Shown here: positions 15,101 through 20,751 of the stretch, in pieces
Position numbering within the stretch: position 1 is the first letter of the stretch
Layout: each line of letters starts with the position of its first letter
From: a virus
DNA: 64,000 bases
Virus record (IMG/VR): IMGVR_UViG_3300012663_001306
Span: 50,409-114,408 of that record
Reading direction: 5' to 3' (one strand)
Made by a program: the position numbers and the translations under genes
The notes under the pieces: model-generated
Told to the model about the DNA's origin: nothing
The model's database searches: none
The model's input: only the letters and a program-made list of their open reading frames with translations

Positions 15101-15538
15101 ATTTTTTTGTGTTACAACTCCGGGACTATATGTGGCAGTTAGGCCAGCCGGTAAACCAGCCAATGCGTATGTGTATACTGTTGTTCTTCCAGGAACTGTG
15201 ATAGTACCGCCGGTTGGAACAATAGCACTTCCTCCGGAAATATCTGCAATCTTTTGATTAATAGCAGTTCCAACACCAAAACTAAAAACAGCAGTTGATG
15301 TTGGAACAATCCAAATTTTGTTGCCGCGATTAACTCCTCCCGTCGTGGAACTTAATGTTTCCGGAAACGGGCCGGCAGCAGGAGTGGCATATCCGTTCTG
15401 TCTTGTATTAGTATTATACGTAACTTTCAGTATTTTATTATTGGGATTGATGTACCAATCCCCGGTCGTATAATTCCAGTTATTACCCATGGGGTTTGTC
15501 GCGTCATTCGGGTAAGGGGAATAAAATATTGCTGGCAT
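1..15538 (-). CDS. Giant virion appendage/fibre protein (>5,179 aa, runs off the window start): Ig-like repeat array, collagen-like Gly-X-Y tracts and repeated ~120-aa domains
   Basis: ATG at 15538 gives MPAIFYSPYPNDATNPMGNNWNYTTGDWYINP. Spot translations at ~12000 (NPPAVTISA), ~8890 (FNLNVQVAPSTQG), ~4320, ~190 (GFTGSFGYNG) and ~2-43 (DINSVNLGGYISTW) are all in the same frame. It is absent from the ORF track, consistent with no in-frame stop inside the window. TAAATA box 5 nt upstream. Confidence 0.9.
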   Translation of the reverse strand, partial: MPAIFYSPYPNDATNPMGNNWNYTTGDWYINPNNKILKVTYNTNTRQNGYATPAAGPFPETLSSTTGGVNRGNKIWIVPTSTAVFSFGVGTAINQKIADISGGSAIVPTGGTITVPGRTTVYTYALAGLPAGLTATYSPGVVTQKNPDTQAGPFLYNGASVTITGTCTSTVAAAPYTLTVTDAAGISQTLTFQLEVVSGGGTVIATAPVLSSAPLPGASVGTAYSATLRVNAGTGTAPFTYSVASGSLPSWATLNATTGVISGTPAGSVGTTTFTIQVSDSFSPPKTGSQSYSIVLSSTPVVTALTLTQGTIPAVTQNLLITPFRSGTAAGGSGTYTFSATGLPAGLTINATTGFISGTATTVGTSSVTVTVTDTSTPVQTKTITFNIVVSASTPVTTPLSTTLSTSIPALTRNVAVTSFIPVTAANGVPSYTFTATGLPAGLVINTTTGAITGTPTGAAGTASVTVTVTDSGTGTTPSSQTFNLVVSNATALLLTSANPTAASPKSLIRGTAVTSFIPVSPVTGSAGFGTLTYSISTNPTLPTGLSFSTTTGAITGTPSVVFTNGKFTVTVNDSATQTASADFYLEVILTPLVVARSAAIIPTLVRNKVATAFIPVTASGGADTTYTYSIDTATTAALPAGLTINASTGSISGTPTVTQSSVTHTVRVTNASGQTGTATFQLTVNAPATLTSVVNSASVTLGQNSTTGLPVTPVTVTAGGGGEAPLTYTIAGPNNATIPAGLAYNASNGQITSTAGPTGTLPTTQFTVTITDSTGQTVTGTFNLTINAVPLTFKVDTPKRDLAQFGAVTPFAPVSASGGVGVKTFYIDKVLPAGLIFTSSTGIISGAPTVISNTSTYSLTILDSNTPPSSAGPAVFDLSVYPPAVIVTQTADANKTLINLIPFTTFQPVVGSGGVGSLTYSILPPLGSGLSFNSTTGFVTAGTPNAASSATTYTITVRDSNPVQQSNSSTFILTINELPALDTNLSQTGYSFAKDTAITSFTPVTIKSAGYGIKTFSISPDVRAETGLTFSAVNGLISGTPTIIGSRQYTVTVTDDARQTSSKAFTLTINAGAIVAVAALPSSYTLIRGVPATSIYPAFRPVTATGGFGTLIFSIDTAFTTTTGLSFSNTGTITGTPIASIPKTNYTVSVIDQTGPTSAQSAQFDLTINNPPAVTISASLPSVQLIYQVAANTKPVTGAGGYGNLAYDIVPSVSSLGLTYNTGTGVITGTPTAISATATYSVIITDSIGQTNSQTFNLSVVYPAISLVQSRPIVSTVRIIGTLTNVIPVTASGGVTPLVYSVSPSITPYGLTYNSATGAINGTPTVTLATTTFTVSVTDAVSQPATTSTFRLFIEQEPPPPPIVITTSTLYASTVLRQYVRPTSFTPILASGGIGALTYNISPTLPKDLIFTTSTGQIIGVSTSTLTTATFTVTVSDQFIPPQQGTGTFRLGVVPPDPVSLTQIVGTQLLIQNVAASFTPVTAAGGVAPLRFTLDSPLPAGLTYDAKTGQVSGTPSVTFPNATFIVTVYDNVSSFGFQPDQFEQLTFDLEIEAPPALGFTQSTSTISLRQNTPFTPITVLQGTGGYGTLSYAISPTTLPAGITFNNGIINGSPTTYGLIQTYRIIVTDQAKQITSSTFTLEVTATPVSATTVIPLKALTQRVSTNVFTPVVGANGYIPLSYAVVPNLPTGLTYNTGTGSISGTASVSLNTSTFTVSVKDTQNNTTSSQFSLYVAPLPPLTTTLDVPTVSILRLVDTVNVFPVSASGGFGAITFGIDIALPSGLTFTRTNGNISGVATVVSLPKQYKITASDSVGQLSTQTFTLSVSDPPLTATTVIAVNTLTQYKPATAFTPVTVVGGASPYSYSILPALTGTGLSLNNATGSISGTPIVNFDTSVYTITITDTGSIAQTTSTSFSIKINTPDAVRSVLSAGASIVLVVDSSTSVTPVLGSGGTGDLSYSIAPNTLPANLGFDTITGVISGVPTVTLAPTTFTVTVRDSAVVPQTSATSFSLSVLPKPIVINVQNPTLVLTRYANIATPIIPVLASGGYGVLTYTLNPPTLPRSVTFDQYSGALSGTPTDPLSATLYTVTVTDTSTPAQVNTGTFTLSVGNTSPPPLVASVPTNPVNFTQNQYQIVVPVAASGGYTTPSSPYTYAINTSTTALPLGLSFNPATGELSGTALLLTSSALSFTVTITDGVPQTATNTFNLNVQVAPSTQGKGFAGSIGFTGSRGPIGWTGSQGFTGSKGLGGDRGFTGSMAYTGSQGAGFTGSQSYTGSFGFTGSKGEKGDVGTSVTIVGSVANYTYLPPGYSGALGDGYINSSDGHLWVFTNNVLEDSTHHYGFEDVGQFVGYAGSLGYAGSQGLIGFSGSTGYWGSRGDQGYTGSFGYTGSLGWTGSIGYTGSQSYTGSFGYSGSVGYTGSLGWTGSLGYIGSKGFQGSTGYNGSLGFSGSQGYTGSQSYTGSFGFSGSFGFAGSRGFSGSQGFTGSQSFVGSQGFIGSPGFTGFTGSRGVDGQYAALGFAGSAGFAGSVGFNGSVGFTGSQSFTGSFGYAGSFGFAGSRGFTGSLGFTGSQSFTGSFGFTGSFGFAGSRGFTGSIGYTGSQSYTGSLGFTGSLGFIGSRGYTGSQSYTGSLGYVGSLGYAGSFGYTGSFGFTGSSGAFAGKGFDGSVGYAGSFGFAGSRGFSGSQGFTGSQSFTGSFGFTGSFGYTGSIGYLGSRGFTGSIGFTGSEGYAGSFGFTGSSGAFAAIGFGGSQGYTGSFGYTGSFGYNGSRGYTGSEGYVGSLGYTGSFGYTGSLGYTGSQSFTGSSGYVGSFGYTGSLGYNGSRGYTGSQSFTGSSGYAGSFGYTGSFGYTGSSGAFAAIGFGGSQGFAGSQGIPGFGYTGSQSDTGWTGSRGYLGSRGFFGSSGFVGSIGFTGSQSFTGSQGELGWTGSIGYQGSVGDVGWIGSRGFLGSRGFFGSFGYTGSQGSGFTGSQSFTGSQGELGFTGSIGFTGSIGFTGSSGFAGSRGFVGSLGWIGSQGTTGFSGSQSFTGSIGYSGSLGYTGSLGYQGSVGFTGSQSFTGSVGFAGSLGYAGSQGSGFTGSQSYTGSFGYTGSIGPAGNSGFTGSAGFVGSRGFVGSVGFTSSQGYSGSQGYSGSDGFIGSTGYTGSQAFTGSTGYTGSQGAGFTGSQSYTGSFGYSGSLGYTGSQGFIGFSGSSGAGFVGSFGYTGSRGFTGSIGWTGSRGFIGSIGFRGSEGYAGSRGELGFAGSQGPLGFSGSQGRDGAFAAMGWTGSWGYTGSLGEQGPQGIQGIAGNDGYIGSQGDLGYTGSRGVDGIIGEIGYVGSQGVDGGFGFSGSMGYTGSQGDIGYSGSQAYTGSAGFVGSRAYAGSRGFTGSFGFSGSFGYNGSRGYIGSEGYVGSFGYTGSRGYSGSEGYAGSFGYTGSDGYTGSFGYNGSRGYQGSRGYIGSEGYAGSFGYTGSDGYVGSSGYTGSFGYSGSFGYSGSFGYSGSRGYVGSFGYTGSIGYTGSFGYTGSFGYTGSFGYSGSEGYSGSEGYTGSFGYAGSSGYTGSFGYAGSFGYTGSFGYTGSQSYTGSEGYTGSHGFAGSQGPRGADGTSVTILGNVATYLLLPGYPDTYTGARGDSYITDDGRLWVWTGSLWVDAGNIQGPQGNIGYFGSFGYTGSQSYTGSEGYTGSIGFTGSDGYTGSFGYTGSQGYSGSDGFIGSQGYAGSRGFTGSQGYAGSRGFTGSQSYTGSEGYVGSLGYTGSQGYSGSEGYVGSEGFVGSEGYTGSIGYTGSQSYAGSVGYTGSFGYTGSQSYTGSFGYTGSKGETPQAVIYNAATANLVDGVFVSGSVEDIQGFNDGNQFVFTDGNTTINPGTAPSGPAWIFNVTYTGVIRFNLVDLNVQYTTASGHVIYVQLYNYTTSSWDSIGSYNGLTGYYQFQLSVISSTPYIDAGTVQLRLYHENVGFAGYQTNIDYIAIVDSIKGGQGPRGITGWTGSRGYAGSEGYAGSFGYTGSQGEIGPEGLQGPQGDAGELGPQGPPGDLGYSGSEGYVGSEGYVGSEGYTGSQGVGYTGSQSYTGSEGYTGSQAYTGSQGSGFTGSQSYTGSRGALGFTGSQAYTGSRGAGFTGSTSFVGSQGDRGGLRYYFDNTLTAGVGSPGSIRFNNAVTSSVTQIYVNVVDTNSINFSNYIATWSGSNSPNKGTLLIKSNVNNVSATSAFTIVGAANLGTYYTLTVTYLSGAAPANNAQLVIEAKRTGDLGGLGFVGSRGAGFNGSFGYAGSFGYTGSHGYPSGLRYYLDATTTPGVTANGGLRYSDTDVVSVGALYFSNFDINGVDVGSYLAQWAASTSPGTKGQVIIKHYLMAQPVMTIFNVTGVVVASGYTQISVSFVSGYIPLADDKLAVEFVRTGDQGYAGSAGYSGSFGYSGSFGYTGSFGYSGSFGYTGSIGDRGGLRYYNDLSSQVAGVGTNGSLRFNNVVIGSVTQVFININDTNGVSFSTYIGQWGTNNPTATIKGQLIVKATSPSVSASSLWNITGVTNNSTYYTLSATYVSGSFSTANEPLAVEFVYTGEKGFVGSFGYTGSFGYTGSFGYTGSRGFTGSEGYAGSFGYTGSFGYTGSFGYSGSFGYTGSFGYTGSFGYTGSFGYTGSRGFTGSEGYAGSFGYTGSFGYTGSFGYNGSRGYIGSEGYAGSFGYTGSQGERLGLAFYYDDSSQSPGVTTDGSLRFNPAFTQIYINVKDIGGNDLSGYIARWADSKNPGTKGQLYIKNIIPTITYLSIWGISTIVNNGTYYTLNVSSFSGTLAGVLGGDVFALEYVPVGDFGYVGSRGFVGSFGFTGSQSFTGSQGESAGLRYYFDNTLTAGVGNAGSIRLNNAVAASATQAFINVTDVNSVNLATYISQWADSSNPTVKGQLIFNQNLAGSSPFLIYNVSSVVNNTSYYTINIANGSGTIPGNNDQLALNYVRAGDLGYGGSRGFVGSFGYTGSFGYTGSNSQSGLIYTWDTSALIAQVSGNPNGTLRLNNATPMSATTVFINRYDTNGADLQAWFNSFTTIVNPIKAQLVVRSNVATNSPNLYLADVTAVAASGTNSFALTITPQFYFGIANTELLGVFLVRSGERGYTGSSGFTGSFGFTGSFGYNGSQGDKGGIKYYFDNTATTPQTTGNGNVRFNNVTTIASVTGVYFNILDINSVNLGGYISTW
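175..8885 (-). repeat. Collagen-like Gly-X-Y tracts dominated by the hexapeptide G[YF][TVSA]GS[FQRE], interrupted by globular inserts
   Basis: Plus-strand 18-nt periodic motifs such as ccagtgtaaccaaatgat translate on the minus strand as GYTGSFGYTGSQG. Longest tracts are roughly 4770-8490 and 4120-4610. Confidence 0.9.
8900..15300 (-). repeat. About 22 tandem ~95-aa Ig-like (putative Ig/He_PIG-type) domains in the giant protein
   Basis: Recurring pattern P-V-T-A-S-G-G-x-G/x-x-L-T-Y...LPxGLxFxxxTGxIxGTP...FTVTVTD about every 280-290 nt; counted by eye; boundaries approximate. Confidence 0.8.
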
Positions 15539-15543
15539 ATTAA

Positions 15544-15549
15544 TATTTA
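15544..15549 (-). promoter_or_regulatory. TAAATA late-promoter-like box upstream of the giant ORF
   Basis: Minus strand reads AATAAATAttaatATG; resembles the T4 gp55 late promoter TATAAATA; the same box recurs before many genes in the window. Confidence 0.6.
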
Positions 15550-15570
15550 TTAAAAGTTAAACTTGGCAGT

Positions 15571-17859
15571 TTACGCACGGAATGTGATATCTAATAACGA
15601 ATATGAAGTAAAACTAGCAGTGGTTACTACAGAATCATTTGGAGCTGAAAGATATATTGTATAATTTCCATTACTATCTGGTCCTGAATATGCAGGAGAA
15701 TTTGAATCATTAGGATCAGAATTAACAGTTGTACATGATGCCCCAATACCAACTCCTTTCACATCCATATAAGGCTGAACGCCTGCTCCTACGCCCACAT
15801 CTGTAGCAAACAAAAATGCATCCCCAGGATTACCTGATACCGTTAAATCTAAAAATGGCGGCTTTGACTCAATCATAATAAAAATTGATCCACCGGAATC
15901 TTCGTAATATGTATCACCTGGTCTCCATGTATCATAAGGATCTAATGTGTAATTTGTATAATGTTTAGGCGCACGTTGACGTTGATAATTTCCACTATCT
16001 CCTAACGTTAATCCAAACTGAGGTAAAAATTCTATGTATCCCGGAGGAAGTATTGTTATATTTGTAAATGTTACAGATGCAGTTGTACTAACATCTTGAC
16101 CAATAGATATTGTAGCGGTTGATGCAGATCCGATACCGCCTGCCAATGTTACACCAACTCCCGCCTCTATTGTACCAATGTATTGGCCAGGGATTCCTTG
16201 ACTACCTGTATAACCAAACGATCCCACGTATCCTTCACTACCAGTATATCCAAAACTACCAGCATATCCATCACGCCCTTGGTATCCGGCACTACCAGTA
16301 TATCCTTCACTACCACTATAGCCTGCACTACCACTATAGCCTGCACTACCAATAAAACCGTCTGTACCTTGATATCCGTCACTACCAGTAAAGCCAAATC
16401 CGCCGGCCGGGCCTCTGCTACCAGTAAAACCCTGACTGCTAACATACCCTACGCTACCAGTCCACCCAATATCGCCTTGACTACCACTATAACCAAATGA
16501 ACCACTATAACCAAAACTTCCGGAGTATCCAATACTGCCAGTATAGCCCAAACTACCACTATAACCAAATGAACCAACGTAGCCAGAAGAACCGCTATAA
16601 CCAAAACTTCCAGAGTATCCAATACTGCCAGTATAACCAAATGAGCCTGCGTACCCGTCAACACCCTGACTGCCTTGGAATCCAGCTCCCCTACTACCAA
16701 CCCAACCAATATCACCTTGACTACCTACATATCCAACTGCGGCAAATGCACCGTCTTGACCTCGACTACCTACATACCCAATTTCGCCCTGGCTACCAGA
16801 ATAACCAATACTACCAGTATATGCTTGACTACCTGTATAGCCTACACTACCTACATAACCTTCGCTACCGCTGTATCCTTGACTACCAAAGTATCCTCTA
16901 CTACCAGCAAATCCCTTGCTACCGGTATAACTTTGCGATCCAGTAAATCCTGCACCTTCACTACCTACATATCCTAGATCACCTTGAGATCCAATGAATC
17001 CTGTATCTCCCCTAGATCCTGTATATCCGTCACTTCCTGTAAATCCTATAGACCCTGTAAAACCTTCACTACCGACATAGCCTCTACTACCAGTGTAACC
17101 AAAGCTACCAGCATATCCGTCACTGCCACTATAACCAAATGAACCTGCATAGCCAAATGATCCACTATAGCCAAATGAACCAGTGTAACCAAAGCTACCA
17201 GCATATCCGTCACTGCCACTATAACCAAATGATCCGGTATAACCTACACCTTGACTACCAACAAAGCCTTCAGCACCGCGGCTTCCTACATAGCCTATAA
17301 TCTGACCAACATCAATCCATTGTGTTCCATCCCAAACCCATAGGTGTCCGTCATCTTGAGAAATATAACCATCTGCTACGTTAGGTTGGGGAAATGTAGG
17401 ATCACCAAAAGAACTAGGAGTTAACACACTCCCTTGAATTAATACCGACGTTCCTGGTGTTCCCGGATCACCTGGCAAACCTTGCGGTCCCGGATCACCC
17501 TTACTACCTACAAATCCTATACTACCAGTATAACCAAAAGATAACTCTGACCAATTTGATGTAGTGTTAGGCAGTGCCCCTGTATTAGGATCTCGAACCT
17601 GTCCAGGTAAGGGTAGGTACTTATAATACTTGCCACCGATATATGTTATGCCACCGTCTGTATAGGTTGTTGCAAGATATGCAATCATACCTTCTTGCAA
17701 ACGCTGTCCTGTAATGTTTGTTAATCTATCGCCGGCTGAACCAGAAACATAACGAAGACCTCCGCGCATTTCTGCGTCAAGGATAATAGGATGGTCAGAA
17801 CTAGGGCTCCATGTGCCGGGCCACGTATTTCTTGTTAAGCCATCGTAATTAGCTGCCAT
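15571..17859 (-). CDS. Collagen-like virion fibre protein (762 aa)
   Basis: Long G-Y-x-G-S-x tract, a GHLWVWDGTQWIDVG insert, and globular N- and C-terminal regions. Confidence 0.8.
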   Translation of the reverse strand: MAANYDGLTRNTWPGTWSPSSDHPIILDAEMRGGLRYVSGSAGDRLTNITGQRLQEGMIAYLATTYTDGGITYIGGKYYKYLPLPGQVRDPNTGALPNTTSNWSELSFGYTGSIGFVGSKGDPGPQGLPGDPGTPGTSVLIQGSVLTPSSFGDPTFPQPNVADGYISQDDGHLWVWDGTQWIDVGQIIGYVGSRGAEGFVGSQGVGYTGSFGYSGSDGYAGSFGYTGSFGYSGSFGYAGSFGYSGSDGYAGSFGYTGSRGYVGSEGFTGSIGFTGSDGYTGSRGDTGFIGSQGDLGYVGSEGAGFTGSQSYTGSKGFAGSRGYFGSQGYSGSEGYVGSVGYTGSQAYTGSIGYSGSQGEIGYVGSRGQDGAFAAVGYVGSQGDIGWVGSRGAGFQGSQGVDGYAGSFGYTGSIGYSGSFGYSGSSGYVGSFGYSGSLGYTGSIGYSGSFGYSGSFGYSGSQGDIGWTGSVGYVSSQGFTGSRGPAGGFGFTGSDGYQGTDGFIGSAGYSGSAGYSGSEGYTGSAGYQGRDGYAGSFGYTGSEGYVGSFGYTGSQGIPGQYIGTIEAGVGVTLAGGIGSASTATISIGQDVSTTASVTFTNITILPPGYIEFLPQFGLTLGDSGNYQRQRAPKHYTNYTLDPYDTWRPGDTYYEDSGGSIFIMIESKPPFLDLTVSGNPGDAFLFATDVGVGAGVQPYMDVKGVGIGASCTTVNSDPNDSNSPAYSGPDSNGNYTIYLSAPNDSVVTTASFTSYSLLDITFRA

Positions 17860-17871
17860 TATATATTTCCA

Positions 17872-19872
17872 TTAAGATATGCTAACATAGGTATTTCCAG
17901 GTTGCAGGACTATACCATACAGATTATAATTTTCTAAAACGTATCCAGACGGTACAACATCTGGAGATAATTGTACTGTTCGGTTAACTACTGTCACTCC
18001 GCTTAATAAACTTGCCGATGCGCCTGTTTGAAATACAGTAGGTTGTACAATACTACTCCTAACACCAAACCAAAATACTCTAGGAATAGCCAACGTATTA
18101 CTTACCGTTCCTGCAAATGTTTTAACTTGGTTGGCTAATACAGTAACTCCGGTCGTAAATGCAGATCCCGAAACAAGAATAGGCCGAGTTGGTGGAGCTG
18201 AAGTAGATGCTGTAAAAATCCAAAAACTAGGATATGTAAATGTTGGTGCTAGTATTAAGTCGCTAGCAGTTAATTGTGCGGTGTATGCAGATCCTGTTAC
18301 AGATATAGGACGTGAAAATGTAGCTGTTACACTTACAGATCTAGTTACATTAATATTATCTTTATGTACCGGAGTATCAAATGTAAAATTACCCTGTCCT
18401 GTAGGATTGCTTACTATGCCTCCGGTTGGTGTTACGTTTGTAGTGTAATTTGACGGATTAGTTATACCTGTGATGTTGATAGTATATGGAGCCTGTGTAT
18501 ATGTTTGTAAGAATGTGCTACCTGTAGGGTCTACCATCGATATGGCCAACGTAGGTGTATTCCAGGTTACGGCCCATGTTGTTGTTACATCAGGAAATAC
18601 TACCTCCGGAGTTGTATCAGATTTACTGTTAAAAATTACTGTTGCACTAGCGGTGCCGCCTGCTATTGTTGTGCTAATAGGTCGTATAGTTCCTATTCCA
18701 TTAGTACTAAATGTCTGCGCCCATGACACTCCGCCGGCAGGAGTTGCTGTAGGACCAGTTGATGTATAAGAATTAGGAGTTGTAGTAACTGCACCCGATC
18801 TAATAACTAACGAATTTACTGATGACAAATATTCTGTTGGGAAATCTAACGGGTTAGTAACTGATACGCTAAATCCTGAGCAGACTATATCCCAGTTTAG
18901 TAAAATAGCAGGTAGTATAGTAGATGTTGTAATTGGTGTAAATGATGCTAGATTAATAACAAATGCGCCAGCTAATAATTCAGTTGTTCTAACTGGGTAT
19001 TGTGAGCCGTTTGGATCTATGTATCCTGTTAGTCGTCTAGTTGTGCCAATGTTGGTAAAAACAAGGTTATTTGATCCTCGACTACCTACAAAACCAGCAC
19101 CTTGACTACCAGTGTAACCTAGTCCGGCACTACCTACATAACCTAGATCTCCCTGACTTCCTACAAAGCCCGATCCTGCACTACCTACATAACCAATACT
19201 ACCGGTATAACCTATAGGGCCTACATACGGACCTGCATCAATCCAAGTTGTGCCGTCCCATGACCAAAGATGCCCGGATCCAGACACTATATAACTGTCG
19301 CCTATACTTCCTGTATACCCTACTGGTAAACTTCCGGAGTCATATACAACACCAGTTATATTAATAGACTTGCCATCTGCACCTGCACTACCTACATAGC
19401 CAGCTATGCCTGCACTACCTACATAACCTACACTTCCTGCATAGCCAAATCCAGTACTACCAGTATAGCCAATACTACCTACAAATCCCGAAGTTCCGCG
19501 ACTGCCTGTAAATCCTGTGCCAACTGCTAGCCCGTCTACACTAAGCGTACCATTATTAACTACTAGAGTACTGCCACCTACATAGAATGTGCTAGAACTT
19601 AGATATATTGTTGCCCAAGGATTTGATAAAGTTCCTATTGTGCCTGTACTTAATGCATTTGTAACTGTATTAATTGCAGGTACTAAATTACCGCCTACAA
19701 TACCACTACCTGCAGTATTGGGATAAACTAGTCTTCCGCCAGGAGTATAATCATCACCTACACGTAAAATACCACTATCTTCGTCGTAGAAAAGCGTGCC
19801 TTGAGGGGCTACCCACGTAGTTGCATCTACGTTGTTTACTCTACCAGCTTGTATTTTAAGAATTGAAGACAC
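17872..19872 (-). CDS. Virion structural protein with short collagen-like segments (666 aa, GTG start)
   Basis: N-terminal GTLFYDEDSGILRVGDDYTPGG motif typical of phage fibre N-termini, GYTGS repeats, GHLWSWDG insert, Thr-rich beta C-terminus. TAAATA at 19893-19898 upstream. Confidence 0.75.
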   Translation of the reverse strand: MSSILKIQAGRVNNVDATTWVAPQGTLFYDEDSGILRVGDDYTPGGRLVYPNTAGSGIVGGNLVPAINTVTNALSTGTIGTLSNPWATIYLSSSTFYVGGSTLVVNNGTLSVDGLAVGTGFTGSRGTSGFVGSIGYTGSTGFGYAGSVGYVGSAGIAGYVGSAGADGKSINITGVVYDSGSLPVGYTGSIGDSYIVSGSGHLWSWDGTTWIDAGPYVGPIGYTGSIGYVGSAGSGFVGSQGDLGYVGSAGLGYTGSQGAGFVGSRGSNNLVFTNIGTTRRLTGYIDPNGSQYPVRTTELLAGAFVINLASFTPITTSTILPAILLNWDIVCSGFSVSVTNPLDFPTEYLSSVNSLVIRSGAVTTTPNSYTSTGPTATPAGGVSWAQTFSTNGIGTIRPISTTIAGGTASATVIFNSKSDTTPEVVFPDVTTTWAVTWNTPTLAISMVDPTGSTFLQTYTQAPYTINITGITNPSNYTTNVTPTGGIVSNPTGQGNFTFDTPVHKDNINVTRSVSVTATFSRPISVTGSAYTAQLTASDLILAPTFTYPSFWIFTASTSAPPTRPILVSGSAFTTGVTVLANQVKTFAGTVSNTLAIPRVFWFGVRSSIVQPTVFQTGASASLLSGVTVVNRTVQLSPDVVPSGYVLENYNLYGIVLQPGNTYVSIS

Positions 19873-19909
19873 GCCAAACCCTTACTTTAGCGTATTTACC
19901 GGAAAACGG

Positions 19910-20254
19910 TTATGATACTTTTTTGTTCTCAACCAGACGGTTGTATTCGGCTGTAAGTTCGTCATAATCTTCCGAAATATCAAATTCTGTTCGTGAGCCA
20001 CCGGTTGTGTCTGCACCGTCATCGTCTAATATTTGATTTAGAACTGTACTGCGTTTGCCTGATTTATGTTTTTCTAACTCTAATTGTTGCTGTAAGGGAG
20101 AAACAAATACGGGTTGATCGGGCATTTCTCCATTGCCTGGAGTAGTAGAAACGACTGGATCGCCATTTCCACTGGGAATTGTAATATTGATAGGGATATT
20201 AATGGTAACTGTTCTGGTACCGTCAGCTTCTGATAATAATTCTTTTGCTCTCAT
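19910..20254 (-). CDS. Hypothetical protein (114 aa), candidate internal head protein
   Basis: N-terminus MRAKELLSE resembles a T4-type capsid-targeting/LxE cleavage sequence. TAAATA box 6 nt upstream (20261-20266). Confidence 0.6.
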   Translation of the reverse strand: MRAKELLSEADGTRTVTINIPINITIPSGNGDPVVSTTPGNGEMPDQPVFVSPLQQQLELEKHKSGKRSTVLNQILDDDGADTTGGSRTEFDISEDYDELTAEYNRLVENKKVS

Positions 20255-20298
20255 AATATATATTTATGCCAAGGACTGTGTCTAAAGTAAATACCTCG

Positions 20299-20751
20299 AT
20301 GAATATACACGCAGATAAAGACTATTGGACAGCACTAAAGTGGCCCGCGGCTCCAAATTTAGACGATTATAGAGTATTTGAAAGCTACTGTACAGGCCGT
20401 GTATTGCTCTTAGGTAGCACTCAACTGCTGTTGCCCTTGTGTACAGAAGCGTGGGATTTAGAGCCAGTGTATGCTGATCCTAAAATCAAACAAAGAGATT
20501 GGTTTAACTTAAACAAGCATTGGGATACCATTATTATAGATGGCGGGCTAAGTTTTGGCATGGAATTTACCTATCAACTGTTGCCTATAGTGCTGGCCAA
20601 CTGTGATCGATTCGTTAGCCGCACATTCCTAAACCCTAACTGGCCTACAAAATATGCTTGTTATTTTCCCCGTGCCAACGAACTAACACCACAACCCGTA
20701 GAACACCCCGTCAACGAAGTTTACACATTTTACATATGGAACAACAAATAA
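20299..20751 (+). CDS. Hypothetical protein (150 aa), possibly a degenerate Rossmann/methyltransferase-like fold
   Basis: Start re-assigned to ATG 20299 because TAAATA (20288-20293) lies 5 nt upstream. RVLLLGST and WDTIIIDGG resemble SAM-MTase motifs I/IV, but weakly. Confidence 0.55.
   Translation: MNIHADKDYWTALKWPAAPNLDDYRVFESYCTGRVLLLGSTQLLLPLCTEAWDLEPVYADPKIKQRDWFNLNKHWDTIIIDGGLSFGMEFTYQLLPIVLANCDRFVSRTFLNPNWPTKYACYFPRANELTPQPVEHPVNEVYTFYIWNNK

Noticed and set aside
855-15257. Dozens of short track ORFs on both strands (e.g. MVTLAHLVTL..., MYPWLPPNP...)
   Set aside because: Shadow frames of the repetitive giant minus-strand ORF; their periodic sequences mirror the collagen and Ig repeats.
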